From positions 1-64,000 of IMG/VR virus record IMGVR_UViG_3300030329_006602: a stretch of DNA of 64,000 nucleotides, one strand, 5' to 3'. The notes beneath the pieces were generated by a model that did no database searches, was not told the origin of the DNA, and was given only the letters and a program-made list of their open reading frames with translations. Position 1 is the first letter of the stretch, and each line of letters begins with the position of its first letter. The position numbers and the translations under genes are program-made. This stretch comes from a virus. Shown here in pieces: positions 48,331 through 58,324 of the stretch.

Positions 48331-48997
48331 TGAGCTCCTTTTGTAGCTTAGACAGGTTCATGCTTAAATCTCCTGGTACGTGGGCTGGCTTAAGAGATTT
48401 GCCGACTGGCCTCGTTTGTTTTGCTAATTGATAGGTTGTTTTTACTTCAGTGCCTACATTGAATACGCCAGTGGAATTTTTTTTTATTAATCTTATGATC
48501 AAATTTGAAATTACATCTACATAATCCATGTTGCTCGCCCTGTCTATCCAGGCCTCCTTGTATGGAAATGGCTTAGGTATTTGCGAGCATCGACAGAGTA
48601 AGAAATTGTTGGACCGCAACTGAACCAATCCGTCACTAAGGAGTTTTGTGTAGGCGTACCAGTTGTTGCAATGCACGGGAACGCTTTCTTCGTCTATATT
48701 TGGGGGCGATCCAGCATAAATATAGTCGGTCGATATGTGGACCAACTTGAGGGGTTTTTCATTGCAGTAATTTACCAACCTATCTACAAAGGAATAGTTT
48801 GTTTGCCAATGGGAGCTTTTGTCTGCAGAGTAGGTATTAGTGTTCGCTATGCAGTTTACTATGGTGTCGTAGCCACTAGGAAGTGTGCCCACATCGCGGA
48901 TATTGAATCCATCTTTCTTTCTGGAAATGTAGTCCCAGTCTGTTTGCTTGATGATCTCTGACCCTAGCAGGCCGTCTCCTAGAATTAGGGCTTTCAT
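48323..48997 (-). CDS. rfbD: RmlD-like NDP-4-keto-sugar reductase
   Basis: LGDGLLG; VNCIANT; HISTDYIY; YAYTK; adjacent to rfbC. Confidence 0.75.
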   Translation of the reverse strand: MKALILGDGLLGSEIIKQTDWDYISRKKDGFNIRDVGTLPSGYDTIVNCIANTNTYSADKSSHWQTNYSFVDRLVNYCNEKPLKLVHISTDYIYAGSPPNIDEESVPVHCNNWYAYTKLLSDGLVQLRSNNFLLCRCSQIPKPFPYKEAWIDRASNMDYVDVISNLIIRLIKKNSTGVFNVGTEVKTTYQLAKQTRPVGKSLKPAHVPGDLSMNLSKLQKELNE

Positions 48998-48998
48998 A

Positions 48999-49544
48999 TT
49001 AAAATGGGCTTTGGAAGTCCTCTAGTGACGGATGCATGGTATCTTTATGGGATATAATTGGAGCCTCGCACGTTCCCCAATGGATATTTATGGTGGGGTC
49101 ATTCCACCTGATTCCTCCTTCGGATTCCTTGTTGTAGAGTGCAGAGCACTTGTATTGTACTATAGTGTTGTTTTCCAGCGTTAGAAAACCATGAGCAAAT
49201 CCATCGGGAATGTAGAGCATTTTTTTATTTTGGGCCGACAAAATATGGCTGGAGTATTCTCCATAAGTCTTTGAATCTTTTCTAATGTCCACCGCCACAT
49301 CTAATATTGACCCATGGATCGCTCTAACTAATTTAGCTTGAGAATAAGGAGGGGATTGGAAATGAAGCCCTCTTAATACCCCTTTTTGGGAGAGGGATTG
49401 ATTGTCTTGAAGGAAGTCGGCCGTAATTCCTAGGTCGTGGAATTTTTGCTTATTAAAGGATTCAAAAAAATATCCTCGAGAGTCCTCCAGGACATTGGGC
49501 TCAATTAGGGCTAGGTCTTCTATGTGAGTTTTAATTTTTTTCAT
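48999..49544 (-). CDS. rfbC: dTDP-4-dehydrorhamnose 3,5-epimerase
   Basis: DSRGYFFESF; QDNQSLS; GVLRGLHFQ; QAKLVR; GFAHGF. Confidence 0.97.
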   Translation of the reverse strand: MKKIKTHIEDLALIEPNVLEDSRGYFFESFNKQKFHDLGITADFLQDNQSLSQKGVLRGLHFQSPPYSQAKLVRAIHGSILDVAVDIRKDSKTYGEYSSHILSAQNKKMLYIPDGFAHGFLTLENNTIVQYKCSALYNKESEGGIRWNDPTINIHWGTCEAPIISHKDTMHPSLEDFQSPF

Positions 49545-50838
49545 GATTAGTAAAGAACTCTTGTATTTGTTTAATGATGTAGTCTATCATCTTTTTTGTC
49601 AAGGTGGGTGAGCACCCGAGGAAGAATACTTTGTCTAGTACGCGGTTGGAGTGGGGGTATTTAGTGTAATCGTCTAAATGTTTATAGGCGGGGTGAATGA
49701 GAATGTTTCCCGCGAAGTAATTTCGTGTTTGGATTTTACATTTTTCGAGGTGCGATACTAGTGCGTCTTTTATTTTTTTATTTTTACAAACTATGGGAAC
49801 CCCAAACCAACTGGTGTGCGCGGCAGGCAATTCATCAACGGTATTGACGTCAGCGAGAGGTTTAAGCGCCTTATCTATCGCTTGCTTGTTGGCCCTGCGC
49901 TTTTTATGAATTTCGCTAAATTTTTCCAGTTGAACGCAACCTAGTGCTCCCTGTAGGTCCAGGGGCTTTAGGTTGTATCCCATATTAGTGAAGATATATT
50001 TGTGGTCCACTATCCCTGAGTACTCCTCTAGCCACTTGTCAAACCTATTTCCGCATGTACCGCACGCAGATAAATTGGCCATTCCAACGCAATAACAATC
50101 CCTACCCCACCACGCCAAGCTTCTTGCGGTTTTAACTATGTGTGGGTTATTAGAGGAAACCATTCCTCCTTCTGCCGTGCATATATGATGTGCAGGATAA
50201 AAAGAGCATGAGGAAGCAATAACGTATTCATTTAGATATTTTCCTTCCCATTGAGATCCAAGTGAATCACAGTTATCAAGAATTAATTCTAGGTTGTATT
50301 TGTTTTTTAGATCTAAAAGCTTATTGAAGTCAGGGGGGTTTGCTAAGACAGGGGAGATGAATATAGCTTTGGTTTTTGGTGTTATTTTCTTTTCCACCTC
50401 CTCTAGATCAAAGTTTAAGGTTTTAAATTCAATATCCGCAAAGACAGGCTGTAGATTGTGTTGGTAAATCGGGGCGATGGTAGTAGGAAACCCCACTGGG
50501 GAAACTATAATCTCGTCCCCATCCCTCCAGTTCAGTACTTTTTTAATCGCCCCCACCATAACTAGATTGGCGGAACTGCCAGAGTTTACCATTACGGACT
50601 GCGCTTGCTTAAATTTTTTGGAGAATTGAATCTCAAATCTATGAACAGCCTCCCCAGAAGATAGCCACTTACCTGCGAGCACCGAATTTAAGATGGTCTC
50701 AACCTCACTTTCGTCCCAGTAGGGACCTGAGTAGTAAATGGGAGACCGTCCTGGAGTAAATTCCTTTTTATTGTGAAGGTAGGGGGGTGTTATCTCCGAG
50801 GTGAGTTGAGAAATAATTTTACTTAGCTGTTCTGACAT
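49531..50838 (-). CDS. rfbH: NDP-4-keto-6-deoxyglucose 3-dehydrase (RfbH/DdhC type)
   Basis: VNSGSSANL; DNCDSLG; SFYPAHHI (His in place of Schiff-base Lys); GRDCYC..CGTCGNRF Fe-S motif; GYNLK. Confidence 0.9.
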   Translation of the reverse strand: MSEQLSKIISQLTSEITPPYLHNKKEFTPGRSPIYYSGPYWDESEVETILNSVLAGKWLSSGEAVHRFEIQFSKKFKQAQSVMVNSGSSANLVMVGAIKKVLNWRDGDEIIVSPVGFPTTIAPIYQHNLQPVFADIEFKTLNFDLEEVEKKITPKTKAIFISPVLANPPDFNKLLDLKNKYNLELILDNCDSLGSQWEGKYLNEYVIASSCSFYPAHHICTAEGGMVSSNNPHIVKTARSLAWWGRDCYCVGMANLSACGTCGNRFDKWLEEYSGIVDHKYIFTNMGYNLKPLDLQGALGCVQLEKFSEIHKKRRANKQAIDKALKPLADVNTVDELPAAHTSWFGVPIVCKNKKIKDALVSHLEKCKIQTRNYFAGNILIHPAYKHLDDYTKYPHSNRVLDKVFFLGCSPTLTKKMIDYIIKQIQEFFTNHEKN

Positions 50839-50848
50839 AGGTCTCCTT

Positions 50849-51568
50849 TTAGAGGTCTCTTGTTAGGTGTTGGAGCGTTTGCCATTCGTAAAGGTAATGC
50901 CACTCGGGTGTAGGTGAGGTTAGTAACTCCTTAGTCTGCGACGCGCTGTGGATTCGGTTGACCGTAAGGATATCGGGTATTATGGCTGGGGCTCCAAAGG
51001 CGTGAAACATTCGGCAATAAAATTCGCAATCTAAGTAAAATTTTAGGGTGGGATTAAAGAGGTATGGCCCGTGTTTATTATTTAATGTTAAGGAGGAGGG
51101 ACAACTCAGGGTGTTTTTTCCCGCTTTCATTCCTTGGTGATCGTACTTGGGTGAATATGGCCTGATGAATGATTTTCCTCCATTTTCAGTATGGGTGCAG
51201 GCGTTAATTATCCAGGATTTATCACTAGTAAGATGGGGAGCTAAGAGCTCTAAGCTTTGGGGGCTATAAAAGAAATCATCCTGCAACAGGATTTTCGTGA
51301 ATTTTCCATTGGATAACTCTAGCACGTTGTTGAGGTTGGGCCCAATGGAGCCGTAGCTGGCTGTAAAAGCGGAGTACCGTAAGTCTATCTTTTTTTCCCA
51401 TTTGGAACAAAGGTTCTGGATGGATGTGTCTTTACTGTTGTCCGAAACAATTACATTGTAATCCGTGAAAGACTGTGCTTCTATTTTTTTAAGGCTAAAT
51501 TCCAGAAACTCGCTACCCATTCCGTTGAATTCATAAGTAGGGATCGCTATAGATATAAGAGGGTTCAT
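50849..51568 (-). CDS. GT2 glycosyltransferase
   Basis: ISIAIPTYE; VSDNS; LLQDD; DCEFY. Confidence 0.85.
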   Translation of the reverse strand: MNPLISIAIPTYEFNGMGSEFLEFSLKKIEAQSFTDYNVIVSDNSKDTSIQNLCSKWEKKIDLRYSAFTASYGSIGPNLNNVLELSNGKFTKILLQDDFFYSPQSLELLAPHLTSDKSWIINACTHTENGGKSFIRPYSPKYDHQGMKAGKNTLSCPSSLTLNNKHGPYLFNPTLKFYLDCEFYCRMFHAFGAPAIIPDILTVNRIHSASQTKELLTSPTPEWHYLYEWQTLQHLTRDL

Positions 51569-51569
51569 C

Positions 51570-52304
51570 TTATAGTCTCCAACTAGAGTCTGGAGTGGGG
51601 GGTTGGGGGGTTGGTTGGTAGATGCTCTGAATCAGGTAGTGACCCTGGTCTTTATTTATGCCGTAGGCAGTGGTTAAAGTGGGCTCTTTATTTACTTCTA
51701 CATGGGGATAAGAAGAAAGGGGTTCGTCGGTTCCTAGGGAACTAGATTGGTAGAAGGGGGGCTTGTCGAAAGCATAAATGTTAAAATAGCGATGGATTTC
51801 TGCATAACCTATATCGAGGTGATTTGCTATTTTCATCCAGTGTTCGGCTACTCGGGCGCACATGTCTACATAGTCTTGGCTAATGAAGAGCATTGCGTGG
51901 GTGCTGAGCATATTAAATATCCTTAATAAATTTTCGTTGATTTTTTGTAGGTGAACGAAGGGTCCCGATCTTCCATCTAGTCTGCCCCACGAGGAGTTTC
52001 CTAGGTAGACCGCATCTGCGTCGTCGGGGAATTCGATAATTGGTCGAAAGTTTTTTTCCGTAGCGTCGTCTTCTAAAATAATGAAGGGGGGAGTATTGTT
52101 TTCCATTAGGTGGAGGTGCGATGCTGCACACCCTTCTGCCGCCGCGGAATCGTGGGCAGTCATATTCGTTCCTTTTATCCCTTCGAAGCGTGAGTAGTTG
52201 GTGAAATTGAGTCGCGCCAGCATTTCCTCCATATTTTTGCGCTTGTCCGAGGCTGTCGCCATATTAATGTAATGGACAGGTATGTCTCTAAGATCTAATT
52301 TCAT
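51570..52304 (-). CDS. GT25-like glycosyltransferase
   Basis: HYINM; RFEG; GCAASH; ILEDD; YLG; STHA. Confidence 0.75.
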   Translation of the reverse strand: MKLDLRDIPVHYINMATASDKRKNMEEMLARLNFTNYSRFEGIKGTNMTAHDSAAAEGCAASHLHLMENNTPPFIILEDDATEKNFRPIIEFPDDADAVYLGNSSWGRLDGRSGPFVHLQKINENLLRIFNMLSTHAMLFISQDYVDMCARVAEHWMKIANHLDIGYAEIHRYFNIYAFDKPPFYQSSSLGTDEPLSSYPHVEVNKEPTLTTAYGINKDQGHYLIQSIYQPTPQPPTPDSSWRL

Positions 52305-52995
52305 GATGGTCTTTGTTTAATGCTAACAGTCGGCATTTGAAGGGGAGGGGGTGTCCCTCTCCAAAGCAGTATCCTGGATCGAGGGCTAGGGTGGGGGGAT
52401 TATCGATAAAATAGCGATTCATATGGCTCTCATCATGCCATAGAGCGATAATGTCGTTTTTAAAATCCGTGTCAATGTTGTCTGCGAGAACGCGGGCCAT
52501 TTTTAAATACTCACTCGCTGTACCTCCATTAAATCCTCCCGCCATGTAGTACGAGTAGGGAAAATCTTCATTCTCATGAATGCAGGCCAAGGATTCGGGT
52601 CGCGTTTCGGGGTCTCCTCTAGGTTTATATAAATAACAACCTGGATGAGCCGTACCCACTAAAGTGGAGAGAATTTCATCCCCTACTTTATCCTTAAAAA
52701 GCATGTCTGCATCACTATAGTAAAGGTAATCCATTTTGGATAGCTCCTCTTGGTAAGTGGTGAAAATCCTATATCTTCCCAGCGTCATCCAGGGCCATTC
52801 TTTGTGTTCTACTTTGAGTTTGACTACCTTTCTCTCGCTTTGGATTTCATCTTCTCTATCGGTAAAGAGGAAGTAAGTGACATCTTGGTCTTGGAGGAAA
52901 TGCTCGTCGGCGCTGCTGATTAGGTCTTGAGCAAACCTAATATATTTATTTGATGCAATAATTAAGAGTCCTACCTTATTCATGCAATTTCCCAC
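52288..52995 (-). CDS. GT6 (ABO-like alpha-1,3-Gal/GalNAc transferase)
   Basis: YFLFTD; WPWMTLGRY; YSDADM; HPG; GGFNGG; WHDESHMNRYF; ALNK. Confidence 0.92.
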   Translation of the reverse strand: MGNCMNKVGLLIIASNKYIRFAQDLISSADEHFLQDQDVTYFLFTDREDEIQSERKVVKLKVEHKEWPWMTLGRYRIFTTYQEELSKMDYLYYSDADMLFKDKVGDEILSTLVGTAHPGCYLYKPRGDPETRPESLACIHENEDFPYSYYMAGGFNGGTASEYLKMARVLADNIDTDFKNDIIALWHDESHMNRYFIDNPPTLALDPGYCFGEGHPLPFKCRLLALNKDHHEIRS

Positions 52996-53948
52996 CCTTC
53001 AGGAATTAAATCATTTAGATAGTTTTGGGGATTTAGCGTCGACTTCTGCGCGTAACCTTCGCTAAACCAAAGCTTGGGGGCAATTACTCTTTTATTTTTA
53101 TTGGGGTTTAGCCATGCTCCCCACCAGCTAAACGACGAATTAGAAATCACGTGATCTTGACACCGAGACATTAAGATCATTTCCGTGAAATCGCTTTCTA
53201 GGTTAAGGTGCGCCCTTTTCTCGAAGTCTGGATGGGTTTGGTCCTTCTCTTCTTCGGTGTGCCCCCTTTCTGAAATGAAAGTGGCGTTGTCTAGAACGAG
53301 ATTATTTTTACACCAGTCTAGATCGTCTGAAAAAACTAAAACATGATCGGGCTTGAGGCGATCCAATGCACTTTGGTAGTAGTCTAGGGATTGTGTGGGG
53401 TGGGGATTATCAGGGTGTGATTCTTCTAACTTGACGTAATCCCCTCTTCTCACGTGCAAGGAGGCGTAGCGTTGGGCTTGGTCCAGTCTGTATTTGCTGT
53501 CTATGTAATCTGTGATGGTTTTTTTTGGTTGAAACAACTTGCGGATTACGGCTGTTGACCGCTGGAAATATTTTTCACTTTGAAAGTAGCCGTCAAGATT
53601 TATTAGTTGAGTCGGGTCTATTAAGGTATCTCGATCCAGGTGCTGTGGATAAATATTGGGCAGATGACCCCCTTTGGACTCCGCTAAGTTTAGTAGTTTT
53701 TGATTGTTAGGTAAATAGGTTTCTCCCGTTTCGGGGTTTATACCCTTCCATAAGGCGGAAATTATTTCATCATTCAAGGTTCTCCAGTTCTCTCCGTTGT
53801 GAAATAGTCTTGAAGGTGCGGTCCACACGCGAGGAAAAAGAACGTCGGTATTCAAGGAGTGGGATAGTCCTATGGCGGCAGCCGCTTGAAAAAGCTGATT
53901 TCCCAGGCGTCCGTTCCTTCCTATGTTGAGATTTGTTAGTACTGCCAT
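52980..53948 (-). CDS. GT11 alpha-1,2-fucosyltransferase
   Basis: GRLGNQLFQ; GYFQSEKYF; HVRRGDY; FSDDLDWCK; SNSSFSWWGAWLN. Confidence 0.93.
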   Translation of the reverse strand: MAVLTNLNIGRNGRLGNQLFQAAAAIGLSHSLNTDVLFPRVWTAPSRLFHNGENWRTLNDEIISALWKGINPETGETYLPNNQKLLNLAESKGGHLPNIYPQHLDRDTLIDPTQLINLDGYFQSEKYFQRSTAVIRKLFQPKKTITDYIDSKYRLDQAQRYASLHVRRGDYVKLEESHPDNPHPTQSLDYYQSALDRLKPDHVLVFSDDLDWCKNNLVLDNATFISERGHTEEEKDQTHPDFEKRAHLNLESDFTEMILMSRCQDHVISNSSFSWWGAWLNPNKNKRVIAPKLWFSEGYAQKSTLNPQNYLNDLIPEGWEIA

Positions 53949-53949
53949 A

Positions 53950-54873
53950 TTATTTATTATATTTGTGCAGATAGGGCTGTTGAGCGTAGTAGGTTCTTAT
54001 GTGGTCCTGCCTCATTTTCATAAAATTAAGATAGAGTATTGTGTTGTTGATATATTCTATGTTCTCTATGGCTGAATCCGCCAGTCTTTCATGCTCTAGG
54101 TGATATACCGCCCCCTGGTCTAGGTGGGCCACTTTTGCCCCAAGAGCCTTAAATCTGAAGTAGCGTTCCTTGTCTTCGGGGCCCCACGAGATGAAGTTTT
54201 CGTTTTCCATTCCGAAGGCGCGGTATGCGTTGGTATTGATGAACTGACAATGCCCTGCGAAAGATTCATCGTTGGTTACTATGTCTATTAGTGTGGTGAT
54301 ATCGGCCCCTGTTTCTAATTTCTTTTTAAGGAGTTTTCTTATATCTTGGGTTATTTTCTTCTGTGAAAAGCCCAGCTCAAAGGGGTAGACCATGTCTAGG
54401 TTTTCTTCTCGTAATTTGGCGGCGGCCGTTATGTATGACTGTAGTGGAAGGAGGATGTCCGCGTCGTAATTTACTGTAATAGGCGTCTCTACCTTGGCTA
54501 GCATTTCATTGAGCATTCGCGTGCGGTGAAATGGTTTTGTCGAAAGATTTAATTTCTCCAACTCGGAGGCTTTATTGAACTGCCGCCATTGTTCTTGGTA
54601 GTTCATGTATTCCTCACTACCTTCTTTTACGTAGCCGCTTTCAAAGTAATAATTGACGCGCGGGTGATTTTGTATAGAATCGGGGACAAGGGGAACTTCT
54701 TCTAGCGGTGAGGTGGCGGTTTCTTTACTAAGCTGTCCCATTTCATGTATAATGAATTTGCAGTCAAAATTATTGGAGAGGTATCCGAAGCTTATTTCTA
54801 GATTATCTAGACGGTCCGCGCTTTCTATCTTAATCGGGATTATGAATGTAACGTCTTGAAGCTGATCGATCAT
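53950..54873 (-). CDS. GT2/GT7-C galactosyltransferase-like
   Basis: VTFIIPI; FHRTRMLN; NYDADILLP; GMENENFISWGPEDKE; YHLEH. Confidence 0.82.
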   Translation of the reverse strand: MIDQLQDVTFIIPIKIESADRLDNLEISFGYLSNNFDCKFIIHEMGQLSKETATSPLEEVPLVPDSIQNHPRVNYYFESGYVKEGSEEYMNYQEQWRQFNKASELEKLNLSTKPFHRTRMLNEMLAKVETPITVNYDADILLPLQSYITAAAKLREENLDMVYPFELGFSQKKITQDIRKLLKKKLETGADITTLIDIVTNDESFAGHCQFINTNAYRAFGMENENFISWGPEDKERYFRFKALGAKVAHLDQGAVYHLEHERLADSAIENIEYINNTILYLNFMKMRQDHIRTYYAQQPYLHKYNK

Positions 54874-55637
54874 GCTAGTTTATAGTCTCTCGATAGGATA
54901 TTAAACTCTTGGGAAAGTTTTTGCAATTTTAATTTATTCTGTTCCTCTGTAAGCGCAGGGGATTCGGGGATCCCCCAGTTTGACCCCCTTATAAAGTGAA
55001 ACATTTTAGTATCTAATATCTCGTGGAATCTATCGGTTCCTTGATGTCGGTGTTCTTGCTTTATTCCCCTTACTTCCCTTTGCCCTAGGCGCTCTATATG
55101 GTGGTGTAATTGTCCCCCCGTGTCCGTCGACTCTCCCTTGATATGGGTGGGGAGAAAATCCATCTGGGGTATTTTGTTTAAATCTATATTTATATATGCA
55201 GGGCACATGTAGGAGATTTTTCCTCTGTGTTGTAGTAGTCCTTCTAGTGCATAATTACTTTCTATGTGAAATTTTTTAAAGGGAATAACGTCGTGGTCTA
55301 GTATGAGGAGTCTATTGAATCCTCTTTTCTTTATCTCCCTAAAACCCTCGTTCAGGGCTGGAGCGTGGCTAAAGCTTCCGCAAGCATGTTGATAGTTTGT
55401 TTTGGCAAAGGTGGCTTGGTACTCCTGGGTAGTATGAAGGATTTCGTTACTAATGCTTGATTTCTCTGGAGGAGTGTTATCTATAATTAGAATTTCTACA
55501 GGATCGACACAGAGATTTTGTATGCGATTCAGTTGGTGTTCAATAAAGAAAGAGGTACTGTGGGTGACTATGACTACCGCATTCATGTGGGTTTGTTTTC
55601 TTTTATCCAATCTAGAATATCTATCTGTGGACTCCAC
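54870..55637 (-). CDS. GT-A-like hypothetical protein
   Basis: IIDN; LILDHDVIP; DTGG; HFIRGSNW. Confidence 0.65.
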   Translation of the reverse strand: MESTDRYSRLDKRKQTHMNAVVIVTHSTSFFIEHQLNRIQNLCVDPVEILIIDNTPPEKSSISNEILHTTQEYQATFAKTNYQHACGSFSHAPALNEGFREIKKRGFNRLLILDHDVIPFKKFHIESNYALEGLLQHRGKISYMCPAYINIDLNKIPQMDFLPTHIKGESTDTGGQLHHHIERLGQREVRGIKQEHRHQGTDRFHEILDTKMFHFIRGSNWGIPESPALTEEQNKLKLQKLSQEFNILSRDYKLA

Positions 55638-56476
55638 TTTAGGATCTTTTTTGCTTTGGAGATATCTGCCAAGGTAAATTTAGGCTCAATGCGGGGCTCT
55701 ATATATTTTCGTTTTTTGGAAACGAGATCGCAGAGGTCATTGAGAGAGTTATTGGTCCCCGACCCAATGTTGAAAAAGCTGTGTCCACTCGTGGAAACTG
55801 TAGCGGCCTGGAGGTTGGCTCGCGCCACATCTCTTACGTTTATAAAATCTCTGCTGTTGTTTCCGTCTCCCGTGAGAGTAGGTAATTCTCCAGCTACCAA
55901 CTGGCGAAACCAAATCCCCACCACGGGAACATATGCCCCCTGTAGAGGTTGACGCTCGCCATAAACATTAAAGTATCTCAATGATACGCTATTTAGTCCA
56001 TATAGTGTATGAAATAGGTCTAGATATTGCTCGCCAAACAATTTTTGTAACCCATATGGACTCAGGGGGTGGGGAGTCGCTCTTTCTGATATCTTTCTTG
56101 GGGGGACATCTCCGTAGATAGAGGAGGAGGAGCTGAAAATTACTTTCTTAACTTTCGCCTCTTTTGCCGCAAAGAATACATTGAGTGACCCCTTCGTGTT
56201 GATTTCATCTGAAGGGAGGGGGTTCTGGATGGAGGGTTCTACTCGCGGTAGTGCGGCTAAATGGAAAACATAGTCTACTCCCTTGAAGATATGCTCGACG
56301 CGCTTAAAGTTACGGATGTCCTCTATATAATATGTTGCGTCTCGATTCGCGTTCTCCTTGGATCCAGTAGAGAGGTCGTCTATTACTGAAACCTCATGAC
56401 CTTCTTCGACTAGGAGGTCAACTACGTTGCTTCCAATGAAACCGAGGCCTCCTGTTACTAGTGATTTTATTTTCAT
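55583..56476 (-). CDS. NDP-sugar 4-epimerase (SDR)
   Basis: TGGLGFIGS; FHLAALPRV; SSSSIYG; SPYGLQK; LRYFNVYG. Confidence 0.9.
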   Translation of the reverse strand: MKIKSLVTGGLGFIGSNVVDLLVEEGHEVSVIDDLSTGSKENANRDATYYIEDIRNFKRVEHIFKGVDYVFHLAALPRVEPSIQNPLPSDEINTKGSLNVFFAAKEAKVKKVIFSSSSSIYGDVPPRKISERATPHPLSPYGLQKLFGEQYLDLFHTLYGLNSVSLRYFNVYGERQPLQGAYVPVVGIWFRQLVAGELPTLTGDGNNSRDFINVRDVARANLQAATVSTSGHSFFNIGSGTNNSLNDLCDLVSKKRKYIEPRIEPKFTLADISKAKKILKWSPQIDILDWIKENKPT

Positions 56477-57132
56477 TGGGACTTTTTAGGGATGCAGATT
56501 AATAATTTATCTTTTCTGGTTAAATTACTGAATAATTCATCTCCCCACGGCCACGAGGCGCGACCCTCCTCGGTTGCTTCCTCAGTTAAATGAAGATGAT
56601 AGGATGATAGGGCGTTATGCTGTTTAAAAATTTTTAAGAGTCGTGTTTCCGCGAAATCCTGATTTACGTCATCGACTATTATGGGATGATTAGGAACGGT
56701 ATGTGTGAGAATGGTGTGTAGTTCGTTTTCGATGATTTCCTCGAGGCTATACTCCTCCCCACCACTTCCTTCCCCACTGTGATGCGCGTCAAGAAAAAAT
56801 ACTGTGGGAGTAGTGATATTTTGAAGAATTTCAGGCAAAACTTCCTGGGATGGTCCGATGTGTAAGTCGATATCAGGCTCTTCCCATTCGGGGGCCTGTT
56901 CTTTAGCAGCGGTAATCTGGCTCGGTAGATACTGTGAGTTGTATGCTTGGCGGTCTTCCTGTAACTCTATAGAGTGGATTTTTTTAAAGTGGGTATGAAG
57001 GGAAAGAAGGAAGATAATGGTCCTAGCCTTATCGGTCCCTGTTTCCACAAAGATATCTGGGCTCAGCCCCTCTAAGAACTCATGGAGGTCTCCCTCTTTT
57101 TTGAATCCAAAATTTTTATAGGGTATGGTCAT
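56473..57132 (-). CDS. Methyltransferase-like protein
   Basis: FVETGT; HSIEL; VFFLDAHHSG; IIVDD. Confidence 0.75.
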   Translation of the reverse strand: MTIPYKNFGFKKEGDLHEFLEGLSPDIFVETGTDKARTIIFLLSLHTHFKKIHSIELQEDRQAYNSQYLPSQITAAKEQAPEWEEPDIDLHIGPSQEVLPEILQNITTPTVFFLDAHHSGEGSGGEEYSLEEIIENELHTILTHTVPNHPIIVDDVNQDFAETRLLKIFKQHNALSSYHLHLTEEATEEGRASWPWGDELFSNLTRKDKLLICIPKKSQ

Positions 57133-57833
57133 AGTGATTTCTTTATTTTTTCCTTGAGTGCGGTTGTGGATCTATCGTGGTTTCTTCCGTGGAAGTATAC
57201 CTCCATCCCTAAATTTTCCCCCGTGAATTTTTGGCCGCGATAGTCGGATCCCAGGATGCGGAGGTGTGCACCTGAGTTCTTTAATAAATCATAAAGATCT
57301 TGTTCGCGATCATAGGTTTGAATTTCATCAATGTATTTGATTGATTCGAGAATAAGTTTTCTATCCTCCAAGCTTTGGACGGGACTGGTCTTGTATGGCC
57401 TCTCCACACTCGAGTCTTCTTGCAGCGCGACGATTAAGTGGTCGCAAACCCGTTTGGCATCTTGAAACATGTAGATGTATCCCGCATGTATAAGATCAAA
57501 GGAGCCTGCTAGGATACCTATTTTTTTATTTAGCTTTCTTCTGAAGTCATCTATATGCATTGCCTTGTCGTCGATGTAGATGTCGGCCCCTAGTTTTTTG
57601 CCAACGCATAACTGGTGGTATTTGATTCCCCATTTCTCCATTTGTTCATGGGTAAATTCTCTCCAGTCTATCCCCGAGCTATATCCCCGAGCGGTAGCTA
57701 AACGGATAGTGTGTCCCTCTGCGTGGAGCTTATTGATTTCATCCACGACATCGGGAAAGGGTTCCGCTATTGTGTAATCGTGCTCAGCATTCGTACTGCA
57801 AATGGTTCCATCTATATCAAAACAATAAATCAT
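57129..57833 (-). CDS. HAD phosphatase fused to cytidylyltransferase-family domain
   Basis: FDIDGTIC..TARG..YIDDK; then GSFDLIHAGY..GSDY..RSTT. Confidence 0.85.
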   Translation of the reverse strand: MIYCFDIDGTICSTNAEHDYTIAEPFPDVVDEINKLHAEGHTIRLATARGYSSGIDWREFTHEQMEKWGIKYHQLCVGKKLGADIYIDDKAMHIDDFRRKLNKKIGILAGSFDLIHAGYIYMFQDAKRVCDHLIVALQEDSSVERPYKTSPVQSLEDRKLILESIKYIDEIQTYDREQDLYDLLKNSGAHLRILGSDYRGQKFTGENLGMEVYFHGRNHDRSTTALKEKIKKSL

Positions 57834-58324
57834 AGTACTGAATGTAAAAAGGTTTCGTGTGCGATTTCAACCACCCCATAGTCTTCTGAGTCTACCCAGT
57901 ATTCCATTTTTGCAAGAGGGGCAAACTTCCTTAAGAGGTTATTTTGTTTAAAGCCTGTTAGGATTAACATATCCAGGTTGTTGTTTTTACAGTGCGACGC
58001 ACAGTTTACTATGTTGAGGGATTCTCCTGATGAGGAGATGAGAATATGAAGGGTTTGGCTGGTGGAGAAGTCTTTAATAAACTCCACGTAGGCCTGCTCT
58101 CCGTAATCATTGAAGTAGCACGTTAGGCGGGGCCCATCCCCAAAGGCGAGAGCTCGTTTCTTTAGGACTTTTGAGTAATCCTCCGCAATGTGAAGGCAGG
58201 TAGCATTACTTCCGCCGTTCCCTAAGAGGATAACATCTTTATATCCCTGTAGCAGCCTGTTAAGTCTATCGCTATACATACAGTTTATTTTCTGAACCTC
58301 GGTGGATAGCTCGAATAAATTCAT
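57830..58324 (-). CDS. gmhA: SIS-domain phosphoheptose isomerase-like
   Basis: GNGGS..HIAED; TCYFNDYG; ISSSGESLN; LTGF; YGVVEIAH. Confidence 0.8.
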   Translation of the reverse strand: MNLFELSTEVQKINCMYSDRLNRLLQGYKDVILLGNGGSNATCLHIAEDYSKVLKKRALAFGDGPRLTCYFNDYGEQAYVEFIKDFSTSQTLHILISSSGESLNIVNCASHCKNNNLDMLILTGFKQNNLLRKFAPLAKMEYWVDSEDYGVVEIAHETFLHSVL

